From: Azolla caroliniana
Taxonomy: Eukaryota; Plantae; Polypodiophyta
Assembly: GCA_043228905.1 (NCBI GenBank)
Contig: JBHGNT010000017.1
Span: 2,232,001-2,296,000 of the forward strand
Length of the DNA stretch: 64,000 nt
Reading direction: 5' to 3'
The notes beneath the pieces were generated by a model. The model did not search any database. It worked only from the letters and a program-made list of their open reading frames with translations, and was not told the origin of the DNA. Made by a program: the position numbers and the translations under genes. Of this stretch, positions 38,812-51,204 are shown piece after piece (the stretch's first letter is position 1; each line of letters starts with the position of its first letter).

Positions 38812-41355
38812 ATGCTGAAGCTCCCATCCACTCTCCCTCTCCTCTCAATCCTTTTTTTCATCATAAATTCGGGAATGCCCGCCGAGGTTGTGGCGCCGCC
38901 TCCCTCAGCCAGTTCCTCCTCCTCCTCCTCCTCCTCCTCCTCCTCCGAGGATGAGGGTGACATGGCGGTAGTGCAAGCCCAAGTTCTCATAGCATTCAAG
39001 GATGCCATCACCCACGACACCTCTTCTTGCCTCTCCTCCTGGACCACCACCACCACCTCCACCTCTACTAGTGATAGTGATGTTGTCCACACCACGGCAC
39101 CGCCCTCCTACTGCCCCTCCAACGGCACTGCCGGCTGGTACGGTCTGCTCTGTGACGATCGCTTCCACATCACCTCCGTCAACCTCTCCTACTGCAGCCT
39201 CTCTGGTTCCATCTCTCCTTCTTTCCATCTCCTACCTTCCCTTTCTCTTCTCGATCTCTCCTACAACAACTTCTCAGGCCCCATACCTTCTAGCCTCGGG
39301 AACCTCACCCAGCTACAGACCTTAAATCTCGAGTTCAACCATCTAGAAAGCCCCATCCCTTCTAGCCTCGGGAATCTCACCCAGCTACGGACCTTGGATC
39401 TCGAAGCCAACAACCTGGGAGGTTCCATCCCTTCTAGCCTCGGGAACCTCACCCAGCTACGTATCTTGGATCTCTCCTACAACAACCTCTCAGGCTCCAT
39501 CCCTTCTAACCTCTGGAACCTCACCCAGCTACAAAGCTTGGCCCTCCAGAGCAACAACCTGAAAGGCCCCATACCTTCTAGCCTCGGGAACCTCACCAAG
39601 CTACAGTCCTTGGATCTCGAGTTCAACAACCTGGAAGGCCCCATACCTTCTAGCCTTGGGAACCTCATCCTGCTACAGACCTTGGATCTCGACCGCAACA
39701 ACCTGGAAGGCCCCATTCCTTCTAGTCTCGGGAACCTCATCCAACTACAGACCTTGGATCTCAATAGCAACAACCTCGAGGGCCCCATCCCGTCTAGCCT
39801 CGGGAACCTCACCCAGCTACAGACCTTGGATCTCGAGTTCAACCACCTGGAAGGCCCCATGCCTTCTAGCCTTGGGAACCTCATCCAACTACAGAGCTTG
39901 GTTCTCGACCACAACAAACTAGAAGACCCCATACCTTCTAGCCTCGGAAACCTCACCCAGCTACAGACCTTGGTTCTCGAGTACAACAAATTCTCAGGCC
40001 CCATCCCTTCTAGCCTCGGGAAACTCACCCAGCTACGTATCTTGGATCTCGAGAGCAACAACCTGGAAGGCCCCATCCCTGATAGCCTCGGGAGCCTTAG
40101 CCAGCTACAGACCTTGGCCCTCCAGAGCAACAAGCTGACAGGGAAGATACCAGCCGCACTCAGTAGCTGCTCACAACTCATCGCGCTCCGATTAGGGTTC
40201 AACACTCTCAGGGGTTCCATCCCCAGTGAGCTGGGAATGCTCATAAACCTCCAGGAACTCTCGCTATTTACAAACAACCTCGAAGGGATTGTCCCTGTTG
40301 ACGCTTTACATAATCTGACGGCTCTTCAGGTCTTACGTCTCTTTCAAAACAATTTGACTGGGAAGATAGAGAGCTTGGATCTGTCGAAGATGCCTAATCT
40401 CTGGAGTTTTAGTGCCTATGAAAATGCTATGGAAGGGGAGCTACCAGCTGGTCTTACAGAGAGTAAGGCACTGGTCGTCTTTGAAGTGCAGAGGAACAAA
40501 TATCTCACTGGATCCTTAGGCAATGCTGCCACTCCTGACATCATTGGTTTATCCAACCTAAGGGTGCTCTCGGTGAGCTACAACCAGCTTAGCGGAGACA
40601 TCCCTGGTTGGGTTTGGAATCTTCCCCGTCTGCAGGCACTAGACCTCTCCAACAATCGTTTCAGTGGCCGCTTCCCTGCGACTCTCACGCACCTCTCCTA
40701 CTTCAAGCTCAATCAAACAACAAACAGTAACCAGACCACCCTCTACGAGGAGGTGCCTGTCACGCTGAAGAACACTGTCCAAATGCTTGACTATTTTCTG
40801 ACTGCACGTATCTACTTTGATGTGTCCATGAACGACCTGGAAGGCGAAATTCCGCAGAGCTTTGGGGAGCTGCAGGGTTTGACAGGAGCCAACCTGTCCC
40901 ACAACCGAATCAGCGGCCCCATAGGTGAGGGTACATTCGGCAGGTTGATGCATTTGGAGGAGTTGGACCTGTCCTACAACCAGCTCAGCGGTGGCATCCC
41001 ACAAGATCTCACGTCTTTGGACAGCCTCTCTACTCTAAACCTCGCCCACAACCAACTTGAAGGACCCATTCCCAAACAGAACAACTTTAATACTAGGTTC
41101 ACCTCCGCCAGCTTCGAGAACAACCAGGGCCTGTGTGGCTACCCTCTTTCCTCCTCCTGCAACACAAGCATCGATGATGCGGGTAGTTATGTGGGCATCA
41201 CAAGCACAAGCACACGGTGGCCGAAGCAACAATTATTATTGATTGTGATTTGGTTCCATGAGTTTGTATCTCCGTGGGCAGTTCTAGTAGGCTATCCCGC
41301 TGGGCTTGCACTGGGCATAATCCTCTGCCATATCCTCTTCTTAAAATTGAAGTGA
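38812..41355 (+). CDS. LRR receptor-like protein (signal peptide, LRR N-cap, more than 20 plant-type LRRs, island region, TM helix, no kinase)
   Basis: Uninterrupted ORF; likely ATG at 38812 (MLKLPSTLPLLSILFFII). LxxLxLxxNxLxGxIPxxLG repeats, SFENNQGLCGYPL C-cap, hydrophobic TM and KLK tail. Confidence 0.92.
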   Translation: MLKLPSTLPLLSILFFIINSGMPAEVVAPPPSASSSSSSSSSSSSEDEGDMAVVQAQVLIAFKDAITHDTSSCLSSWTTTTTSTSTSDSDVVHTTAPPSYCPSNGTAGWYGLLCDDRFHITSVNLSYCSLSGSISPSFHLLPSLSLLDLSYNNFSGPIPSSLGNLTQLQTLNLEFNHLESPIPSSLGNLTQLRTLDLEANNLGGSIPSSLGNLTQLRILDLSYNNLSGSIPSNLWNLTQLQSLALQSNNLKGPIPSSLGNLTKLQSLDLEFNNLEGPIPSSLGNLILLQTLDLDRNNLEGPIPSSLGNLIQLQTLDLNSNNLEGPIPSSLGNLTQLQTLDLEFNHLEGPMPSSLGNLIQLQSLVLDHNKLEDPIPSSLGNLTQLQTLVLEYNKFSGPIPSSLGKLTQLRILDLESNNLEGPIPDSLGSLSQLQTLALQSNKLTGKIPAALSSCSQLIALRLGFNTLRGSIPSELGMLINLQELSLFTNNLEGIVPVDALHNLTALQVLRLFQNNLTGKIESLDLSKMPNLWSFSAYENAMEGELPAGLTESKALVVFEVQRNKYLTGSLGNAATPDIIGLSNLRVLSVSYNQLSGDIPGWVWNLPRLQALDLSNNRFSGRFPATLTHLSYFKLNQTTNSNQTTLYEEVPVTLKNTVQMLDYFLTARIYFDVSMNDLEGEIPQSFGELQGLTGANLSHNRISGPIGEGTFGRLMHLEELDLSYNQLSGGIPQDLTSLDSLSTLNLAHNQLEGPIPKQNNFNTRFTSASFENNQGLCGYPLSSSCNTSIDDAGSYVGITSTSTRWPKQQLLLIVIWFHEFVSPWAVLVGYPAGLALGIILCHILFLKLK
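39250..40140 (+). repeat. 72-bp tandem repeat of near-identical LRR units (about 12)
   Basis: Recurring CCTTCTAGCCTCGGGAACCTCACCCAGCTACAGACCTTGGATCTC. Confidence 0.92.
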
Positions 41356-43079
41356 ATCAGTAGTAGCTGTTGGTCAAGAGAACTGGACTGGACTGGACTG
41401 GACTGCACAGTTTTGAGGAGTGCTAATTGAAATACTCACGCGAGGAGCACAATCTCCAACATGAGCATTTCGAACTATGTATAAATATGCTTTTCCAACT
41501 TTGTATTGTATGCATTTTTACTCCATGGACCTCGAGAGCATTGCGTTGCTCATCTTCCAATCCATTTTGAAGGCCTAGGTTCATTTGCTTACCTCTATTA
41601 CTTTGTATATATGAATATGTTCTATTAATTTACTATGTTACCACTCTGGATTGTATGAGTTGAACCAATGACCTCCCACGCTCCATTGGACAACCCTAGT
41701 GGTAAATTGTTCCTAGCACTACATCTCTATTATTCTATACATCTCTTTCTTTCTCTCTCTCTTGGTGAAAACACACAATTATATTAATAAATGTGTGTAA
41801 AAAACACTACTCATAATGGGTGTGACAATGGGGTATGGTCACCCACTAACTACACTACATGGGTAATGGAACATGTTGAATTGCCAATAGGCAAGACGAA
41901 CACTCCACCGAGGAAAGAATTTTCACTTGCTCCAATAAAGAAAATTGCCACATTAGTACTCCCTTCAACTTTCGTAGATATACTTTCACTCCATGTCTAC
42001 CATTGAATACAAAAGCGTTGCACATGTTCTAATTATGACACAATCCCCAATATCTCAGAAATAGAAAAACGATCTCTATCTCTAACATTGGGTCAACCTC
42101 TATAAATTGTGCAAATACCCACTATCTAAGTGTCATAACATCGTGATAAGACTTGCCAAATTTGAGAATTGTAACTCTAAATCTAACAAGCAATCAAACA
42201 TTGTATAAATTGATGAGTACTATCTTCCATTTGAACAGTGCAAAAAAGCAATTACATGTTAGTCCACGACGCTTTAGAGCTAATGCCAAAGGCAATCCTC
42301 CAATCAAAACTCTCCAAATGAAGACCTTTGCTACAAGTGGCAATTTAGAATTCCAACTACGTTGTAAGATCTGCCACCACCTATGATCAGATTTGTGTAT
42401 TCTCCATTTTTCTTTAGCCTTAGATTAGTAGTCACTCGTAACAACGATGTTTGAGCCTTTAAACACCAATCAATGCAACCCTTGTTCTCAATGTAATATT
42501 GAAGAATAGATATCCATGGTTGTGAATTTGAACACATGTCTTGTAATAATGAAACTCTATGAGCCATCATATGCTTAGATAAGTTCAATATTCTAGTTCC
42601 CCCAAGCGCTTAGGGGTTGCTAGATGATTCCACGCAACCCAAGTGATTCCCATCTTATCCCTCTTCTTCCACAACAAATATCAAAGAGGTTGTAAAATAG
42701 AATGCAAAGCTTTCTTTGTCCATGGCAACAATGAGAAGTAATATAATATCATGGGTTCCATAATACATTGTACAACCTTCAAGAATACATGAAATGGCCA
42801 AGATTGTAACTTCCAATACATGAACTTATCCTAAACTTACTAGACATCCATTCAATCAATTGACCATTTGTAACATTCATTCCTAATGGATAGCCCAAGT
42901 GTTGATTTTTTCTCGTAAGAAAAGATTGTGGCAAATATATGGGATGCTAAGGTGTATAAGAACTAAGCATAATATGAAAGGTTCAAGAGTTAAAAGAGGA
43001 ATGAAATTGAAGGGATATGAAGTTAGAGGCATTTTCCAAAAGTAGACACTTTCTACCAAACCAACAATTGAATTACCAA

Positions 43080-45060
43080 CTATTGGTAAAACAATTTAAA
43101 GCTAAGTATATTTGATGGCGAAATGCGATGGAGGTGTGAGAATAACTCTTTCGTTTACGAATGTCATCAACAATGGACTTTACTGATTATGAGAGCGAAT
43201 TTATTGACCTATGGAGTACGTGGATTCAACTACGTGGTGGAATGGAGGATGAATGGTTTAAGATGGACTGCTTCAAAGCGGGATTAAGTCCACACTTTGT
43301 GTTGGAGGCAAACCTAAAGGATCTTATAACTTTCCAAGCACTTGTCCAAACTTGTCAAGCCTACAAATCCAAGTTCTACAAGTGAGAGTGGATTCAAGGT
43401 TGCAACATTTAAATGTCCTATTCTTCAACAATCACCAATTGTGTACGGAGATAAAGTATTCCCTAATGTTTTTACGGTATATTAACCTAATGTTCTAGTG
43501 ATGCAAGAAGCTACTAAACCTAAGGTTGAAGGAGGTTTCTTCGACCAAGTAAATGAACGTCTTGATGAAATTTTTCAACAAATCCAAAACATGTAAGAAA
43601 ATTTTAATTTACGTCAAACTCACAATGCTCCAAGACAAAGGAAAGTGATTGTGTGCTCCACGTGTGGTGTTGAGGGACATATATCTACACAATGTCCTTC
43701 ATGTTGACAAAGTGATTGGGGTTAAGGCATGTATCAATTTCAAAGTAATCAAAACAACACTGACTTTTAGTTAAATCTTATTGACTTTGTGTATGATATA
43801 ACTAAAGATTGTGATGTTGCATGCAAAGACAAATAGTGCATCACATAAAAATAAAGAGTTTGAAGGAGAGTCTAGTAACTCTCAACAAAAGAAGAAGTCT
43901 AAGGAGAATAACTTGGAGAATGGACCTAGAAAGAAACATCTGCAAAGAAAGATTAAAATTGATCATATGCCGATGGGGAAAGGTGTGGAACCGTTCGATC
44001 TCAAGCAAAAGCTAATCTTTAGTGGACCTCGCATCACTTGGCCACAACTTCTTCAACTTTATCCAACAATAAAAAAGGAGTGGGGATGTGTATCGAGTAT
44101 ACAATAAAGTATAAAGGAATTATATTGTGTGAAGATTGTGCAAGTGAAAGATCGAAAAGATATTCGACCCACTATTTCGGTAACTATTAATGGTCTTTTA
44201 ATTAAGGACGTCTTAGTAGATAGTGGTATTCGAATTGACCCTACATCTAATGTCATAGTGAGTAAGATTGGAAATCCTACCTATCAAGCGTCCTCTACCA
44301 AGATTGACATAGTTGATGGACATTTGGCCTCATGTTCTAGAGTTATAGAGGATGTTGTTATTGAGTATTTTGGCAGGTCCATTTCCATGGATTTACATGT
44401 AATACTCCTTAAAGGGCCATCTTATTCTTTAGTATTAGTAAAACCTTGGATGCAAGAATTACATGTAATACAGGATTGGAGTATGATGAACTTATCATCA
44501 TCGAAGAGGTTTAACATCTTCTACGACTTGTATCTACAATGATTAATCAAATGTATAAAGGAGAAGGAAACATCTATCGATTATGGCAAGCAAGAAGAAG
44601 AAAGCATAACAAGTGATGGATCTTTGTGGGATAGGGGAAAGAAATTGTTCCACGTGTTGTCTAAGGATGAAGGAAAAGTCATTGAAGAAGGTATTATCAC
44701 CATAGAGGTAAAAAAGAAGATGATTCCAAACGATGTCCACGGAGAAGAGGATCTAAGGTTTATTTCTCTTCTTTATAAGTTACAAAAGTTATTCATAAAT
44801 GACTATTCACAAATAAGAGGAGAAGGTGTCAAGAACCACATCAAGTTAAAGGAAAGTGTACCAATTTCCCAAAAGCTTCCACGGTTGGGGATTGTGAAAA
44901 AGGAAGACTTTATAAAGGAGTTCAAAGCATTGTTTCAAGCGAGTTTCATTTATCATGTAGAGGATTTGAAGTGGGTGTCACCTATTGTTGTGATTCAAAA
45001 TAAGAATGACATCGACTTCAAACCCTTGAATGACTCAACCAAACGACATCAACTTAATTT
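43080..45060 (+). pseudogene. Decayed Ty3/gypsy gag-protease-RT start
   Basis: gag KMDCFKAGL, zinc knuckle CSTCGVEGHISTQCP near 43650, protease DVLVDSG, RT start KWVSPIVVI. Confidence 0.75.
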
Positions 45061-45259
45061 TTTCAATTCAGCAAAACATATTGCTTTGCAATTTCTGCAA
45101 ACAAGTTTTAGATGTGGAAAACTTCATTGCCCCTTTTGTGGGGCCGGTGGCTTTCGTTGATCACGACTCGTCCAGTTTTCGAGATCACTACACGAGCCAA
45201 GTGATCAGATGGGTACAAGCAAAGATGAGCACGCAAGATGAACACACAAGGGGATGATA

Positions 45260-45450
45260 ACACAAACACGAATGCCAGTACATCTTTATGAGGAGGAGAG
45301 GTGCATGGGCACACCCGAATGCTCCCTCGTCACAAGATGCCAAACGTACAAGGAAAGGGACGAGAATACAAACACGAATGTTGGTACGTCTTTATGAGGA
45401 GGAGAGGTGCATGGGCACGCCCGAAATGCTCCCTCTTCACAAGACGGTTG
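45260..45450. repeat. Two-copy direct repeat of about 110 bp
   Basis: AAACACGAATG...TCTTTATGAGGAGGAGAGGTGCATGGGCAC.CCCGAA(A)TGCTCCCTC.TCACAAGA twice. Confidence 0.8.
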
Positions 45451-46992
45451 AACATACAAGGGGACAAGAACAAAGAAAGAAAGAAAGACAAAACACGAAT
45501 GATATTGGCTAAAGAAATAAATATGTGTTTGATTCCAATGCAAGAGGGCCCTTTATAAAATAGGGTTTGATTACAATGTGACAACTTTTAGTTAACCACA
45601 AGCTCAACAAAACATAAATACTAAATGCCCTTAGAGACAAAAGCAAATCCGAACACAGAGCACGAGCACGAGCACGAAGAAGAAGAACACATGAGCACCA
45701 CAAAAATGCCGACCTCAACGAACCACGACCACCCAAACGGTGAGCACATGGGCTCGCAACGACGAACGGGGGCGAAGCAACGTTGAACCAACAAAGCTTG
45801 GGCTCACGAGCACTGTAAATGAGCACTTTGAGTGCCAACGTGAAGAAGATGAGCACGTGGCGATGAGGGGATGAAGGGGTATGAGATGAAAAGAAATGGT
45901 GAAGGTGAAGATGAAGAGCTCCGAAGGAAAAATGGCGATAGTCTCCTCCTCCCAAAACCTCCTCCCAAATGAGCCCCCCTAGACCTCCTTTTATAGGAAA
46001 AAAAGGAAGGGGGGTTGCCAATTTTGTCTTCAATGCAAAAGGAATAAAATTCCTTAAATCACGTTGCATTGTAAAACCAAATTTGAACCATGCACCTCTA
46101 GCTAGAAGTCAATGTGACTATCCACTAGTCTATTAAGTCTCTCTTATATAATATATAATTCTATATCTACTAATTGATAGCCTGTCTCCTCTCTACTTTT
46201 TATCTCTCATCTCTTTTACTTTTTACACGAGCTTCAATACCTCCTTTCCACCCTTTCTTTTCCATTTTCTTTTGCATGCACACACACATTGCACATGCAC
46301 ATTTTGACCCCCCCTTTCACCGGTTTTCCCAACACTCGAGCACACCACATCACGACATCCACCCTCACCAAACCGCACATCCTCTGGTATGTGCCAACAC
46401 TCACTGGAAGATCCTACTACGCTACCGAGGCTGGCGGGCTGAGGGTGGTCAATAGTTCATTTCCTCCTCATTGACCCCATGGCTTGTTGTTTGCTCGCCT
46501 TTATCTTCGTGAAGGTCATCGAGGTTTGGGTCCCTGTCGTGTCACTTTTTGAAGATTTTGACCCACTTCCCTACTATTGGTACTGCAAGCTTAGTTGCAT
46601 CGAGTTTAGCGAGGAACACGTTCGCGTTCAGAAGTGGAAGGATCGCGCAAAAATGGAAGGATAAGGTATATTCCCTCAAATTTTGGGGTTTATATACTCT
46701 ATTCACAAAATGTAATGATACCAGTATCACATGTTCTCAAAATGTCGTTGGAAAACCTCAAAAAATCATCATTTCCTAAACTTGGAAAAACGCTAAAATT
46801 ATGCTATAATCAAAATGCTACAATGTTCACTATCAGCAGGTGTACCAATTAACATACCCATCTTCAATTCTTGCAAGTTCCCTTGCCACCTTGCTTCCGC
46901 TGTTTTTGTCAGCCTGGGTCCCTTTGTGGTGGATGGAGCAAGCTATCATTAATCACATTAGGTGCAAGAGGAGAAGTCTGAGAATTACGACA

Positions 46993-48975
46993 CTATTGTA
47001 TATTCCAGGTGAAGGGTATTTGCACAGTCCAAGTACCAAGGACACAATTGTCAACAATTTGTTCTTGATTTTTAAAGAACACATCCCACCATGATGTGTC
47101 TTGTTCCCCATCATACTTCTTCGCATTGTCAATGTGCTTGTGTTTGTCTTGCAGCGCTTGCATCCAAACATCCTTTGGATTATCAGCTAGTACATTGGTG
47201 ACAACTTTCTTAATCTCAATCGGCATTTGTCCTGCACCATAAACAAAAGTGGAAGGCATATGAAGTAGAAACTGACACCCGCCTTTAGGCTCCCATTGGG
47301 GGGAGGATGAATACTGCTTTGCATATAATAATGTACAACCACTATGATCATTTTTATTTATTAAGAATACGTGGTTGAAACTTATATTATTTAAGGGCGC
47401 TAACACTTTGGCATTTCGCTCACCACCATCTAATATGTATCTCTTGAAATCATATATTTCCTTCAAGTGTTCCACGATTGGGCGTGGCGTATATGCATCA
47501 CGAATGATGTCAAACAACTTAGGTAACGTAAAAGCATCATATCGTGATAACTGCCTAGAGAAGTTACTGAACATCTGATCGATATGGTCATGTGTGTGAC
47601 CAACCAATAGAAAGTTAACTTTCACTTTCCTAAAAATTCCTTGGTTCACCAACATACTTAGATAGCCAAACACCGTAGAATTTTTGTTTTCCCGAGCAGC
47701 ATTGTGTAGTTGAATATATAAAACCGGCGGCAAAGACTACCCCCAAGACATCAGTACTTTTTGAATCACCGTGACTGTTAAATTAGGGTCATTGTGGACA
47801 TTTGGGTAGGTGACGAAGACATGAGGCTTCACACTTCCATTATAGGCTAAACAACCCACCAAGTGCATCTGCACGAGACAATCGTCGTTGACATCTTTAG
47901 GAAGACGTTTAAGATGAGGTAGACACGTCTTCTTTTGGTCCATTCCATCTATCATTAAACACATGTACTTAGTTGGATTGTTTATCGACTTTTCCCTATG
48001 GTGCATGGCTCTTTTTCGCTCTAATGTTTGGGCTTCTCGGTGATCTTGTAACAATTTCTTGTTTAGGTCCTTCTCTGTCGCTGTCTTTACCCCTTTACAC
48101 ACGCTCTTTAGGTTTTGCATACTGAACAATACCCCATACGTACTTTACGAGGTATAATAACATTACTAAAGTGCAATGTCCACAACCTTGTGAACTGACT
48201 GTAGGTGACATACTTGTTGCAACAAGTTGACATTTCCAATCTATAGGAATCATAAACTTCTCGACGTGTATAATTGTCAGAGATATGCAACCTACCGATA
48301 GTTGGCATTATCTCACAATTGAACTCGAAGTATGTCTTCATCCAGGAGATCGCATTTCTACCTGATGCACCCTTCATACTTGGCAAATTATCATCTTCAA
48401 TGGGATTGTTGCCGTTTAAAACTCTTTGTTTGACACCATCTGTAAGTGTGTCATAAGATAGGTGTCTTGTTCATCACCATTGAGTGAAAAATAGTAACGT
48501 CTCAAAGACCGCAAGTTTTGCTTTCCAATAATCGCCATACACCTTGAGCACAACATGTCTTTTTAACATCTACGGTAAGTTGGGCCTCAGATATCACTAA
48601 AGCAAATCTTTCTCGACTAATACGTCTTGAGACCCTTTTGAAAAATAAGGGGCTCACTGACTTACTGTCATCCTTAGCTGATATTGGTGTGTCCTCCTCT
48701 TGGCGCCCATTTGTTCTCTGTTGTTGGGTAGAAATACTTTCGAGACTTTGACAATCACCTACATTCTCACCCGAGTCCGCGTATGGGTCATACTCTTCAA
48801 TTGAGAATTCAAGGCATCTTGTCGTATTGCCTGAACTGTCGGAGATTATATACTCCTCAACGGAGAAATTAGAATCTTGAGACCAATGGTATTCTTCTAT
48901 CGAAAACCCCAGAGAAGGTGAGGAATCCGATGACAGTTGATATTCCTCAGTAGAAAAAGGTGAATTATTTCCCAT
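46993..48975 (-). pseudogene. Sola-like (DUF7869-type) DDD transposase, copy A, frameshifted
   Basis: Collinear ORFs: FSIEEY repeats, CCAQG, RMGYCSVC, CLMIDGMDQKKTCLPH, LYIQLHNAARENKN (catalytic D apparently changed to H) and FLLVGHTHDHIDQMFS. Superfamily call is from motif recall. Confidence 0.7.
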
Positions 48976-49601
48976 TGTTTGAGGTTCTAATATCCTTTAT
49001 ATTTCACTCCCTAACATACATATTGTAAGACATACTTAAACTACTAATAGAATTCTAAGGAAGTATATATGTATTTTGTATATTTTATTATATAATATTT
49101 TCTATATTTCTATTAGTTATAAATAAAAATTGATCATGTGTACATGTCACATAATTGCATAATACCACTATCCTCACCCAATTAGTGAATGTTCTCAAAA
49201 TCAAAATCATTACACTACCATAAATGTAGATTAGTATACTCAATCATAGGACTGACCTTGCACATGTATTAAATCATAATAAGTACTAGCTCATAATAGG
49301 TACCAAATCATAATACATAACTACTAGATCATAATGATCATATTACACATAAAGTATAAAGGTAATCATTATTTTATGATAATAATAAATACGAATTCTA
49401 AGATAAATAACTAAAGGCACTATTGGCATTTAATTCTAACCGTGGTTACTTTTTTAACTATGGTCCCTTCCCCTCCCATAAATAGAATCGACCTCTCTTT
49501 TTCATTCCCCACAGTTGAGTGTAACCACTGCCCAGAGCGCCAAAGCACAGGCGCGAGAACTCCCAAGATACCTCACGCATCCCCGAACCAACACGATCAT
49601 C

Positions 49602-51110
49602 ATGTCGAGCAAAAAGACAGCCCATTCTGACAGCAGGTAGGATCTAAACCCTACACTGTACGGACATATGACCATCTACATGCTTTTTATTTTGTATTAG
49701 AACTCGTTACGCCGTATCTAGTGCCTCCTAAGGCTAGAACTAGATACGTTGTAGCGAGGTAAGACTCCCAACTCGATACAGTGTATCGAGTTATGTTCCC
49801 GAACTCGTTACGACATATCGTGTTATGCCTCCTAGGGCTACAACTGGATACGCCGTATCGAGTTGGGGGACATATCTTGATACGCCGTATCGAGTTGTGC
49901 CTCTTAGAGCTACAACTCGATACGCCGTATCGAAGCCCCAACTCGTTGTATCGAGTTGGGGGACATAACTCAATACCCCGTAACGAGTTGGGGGACATAA
50001 CTTGATAAGCCGTATCAAGTTATGCCGCCCAACCCGTTTCGGCTCGATACGGCGTATCGAGTTGTGGCTCCCAGGGCTAAAACTCGATACGCGGGGACTT
50101 AACTCGTTATGGCGTAACGGGTTGTGGCTCCCAGGGCTAAAACTCGATACGGCGTAACGAGTTGGGTGTCTTAACTCGATACGCCGTCTCGAGTTGTGGC
50201 TCCCAGTGCTAAAACTCAATACGCGGGGGCCTTAACTCGATACGGCGTATCGAGTTGTGGCTCCTAGGACTTAAACTCGATACGCCGTATCGAGTTGGGG
50301 GTCATAACACATATTAGACCAAAAATAAGTAGTAAAATAGGTTCAACAATTCTAAATTAGGTCAAAATACGGTCAAATTGGGTCAATACAGTTGATATTT
50401 AGGTACTGTTGGGGATACCAAAATCTTACTGATTTTAGTGTCCGGTGGACTATGAGACGTTAAATATACATTTTCCTCTGTCCAGTCCCTAGGTTTCACA
50501 TCCATAAGTATATTGGATTGCTAATTTTACGTTCCAAACTACCAATCTGCATACTGTATATAATTTGTCACCCCATAATTTGAGAGTTTATAGGTTTAGG
50601 TTCATCTGTTGTATTATTTTATGTAGGTTGGCTGACACTAAGGAGGAGAGGCCACTCAGCCGAATTCAGATTAAGTATCAAAGCTCACCTGTAGACAACA
50701 CAAAGATCCCTGTTGTGACATATCCACAAAAGGGAAAGAAACTCATGTTTGAAGACGAAGTCGTGAGGTAGCTGTCTGACGAGGTTAGTCAGAAAACATC
50801 TGTCGCGGTTGGAGGAAGTGACGACCAGTTAGATATAGACTTAATTGGATATGAGTGGGCAATGCAATATGTAGACTCGAAAAAGAAGGTAGTACTGTTA
50901 GTTACTAGACTGGTTGGACATGGTATGCTTGCTCAAGATCGTGCATTTAGATATGGCAAAATCTTGCGGCTGGACTATGAAGATGCGGACACAACTAATT
51001 TGATTGTATTAGTCAACTGTACAAAAGGAGTCCGACAGATGATGATCTCTGAAGACTACTTGTTGAAGGATTCATGCAGGCTAGAATCCTTCCGACATGC
51101 TATTGAGACA
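49602..51110 (+). pseudogene. Transposon-associated ORF2, copy A (spliced, unknown function, one in-frame stop, 3' truncated)
   Basis: Exon 49602-49636 (MSSKKTAHSDS|R), GT-AG intron, exon from 50627 in frame. MQYVDSKKKVVL...YGKILRLDYEDAD is homologous to copy B. Confidence 0.7.
49701..50296. repeat. Array of roughly 18 23-bp palindromes AACTCGATACG(C/G)CGTATCGAGTT
   Basis: Palindromes, some degenerate, separated by GGGGGACAT-type (about 9 bp) and GTGGCTCCCAGGGCTA-type (about 17 bp) spacers. Confidence 0.93.
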
Positions 51111-51204
51111 AGGTGTGATAGGGTGTAACATCCCTTGTCTTCGACAAATTGAAATGTTTGTACATGCAAATACTAAAGTTCTCCTATTAAATGAGGTGTG
51201 ATAG

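Noticed and set aside
39261-40277. Antisense repetitive ORFs over the LRR array
   Set aside because: Shadow frames of the 72-bp repeat.
41383-41404. (ACTGG)4 after the RLP stop codon
   Set aside because: Ordinary short microsatellite in the 3' UTR.
45509-46664. Short ORFs beside transposase copy A as a third element gene
   Set aside because: No recognisable motifs, no homolog in the window, and the element end could not be located.
49701-50296. Palindromic repeat-spacer array as CRISPR
   Set aside because: Spacers are short and recurrent rather than unique, there are no cas genes, and the context is a eukaryotic intron.
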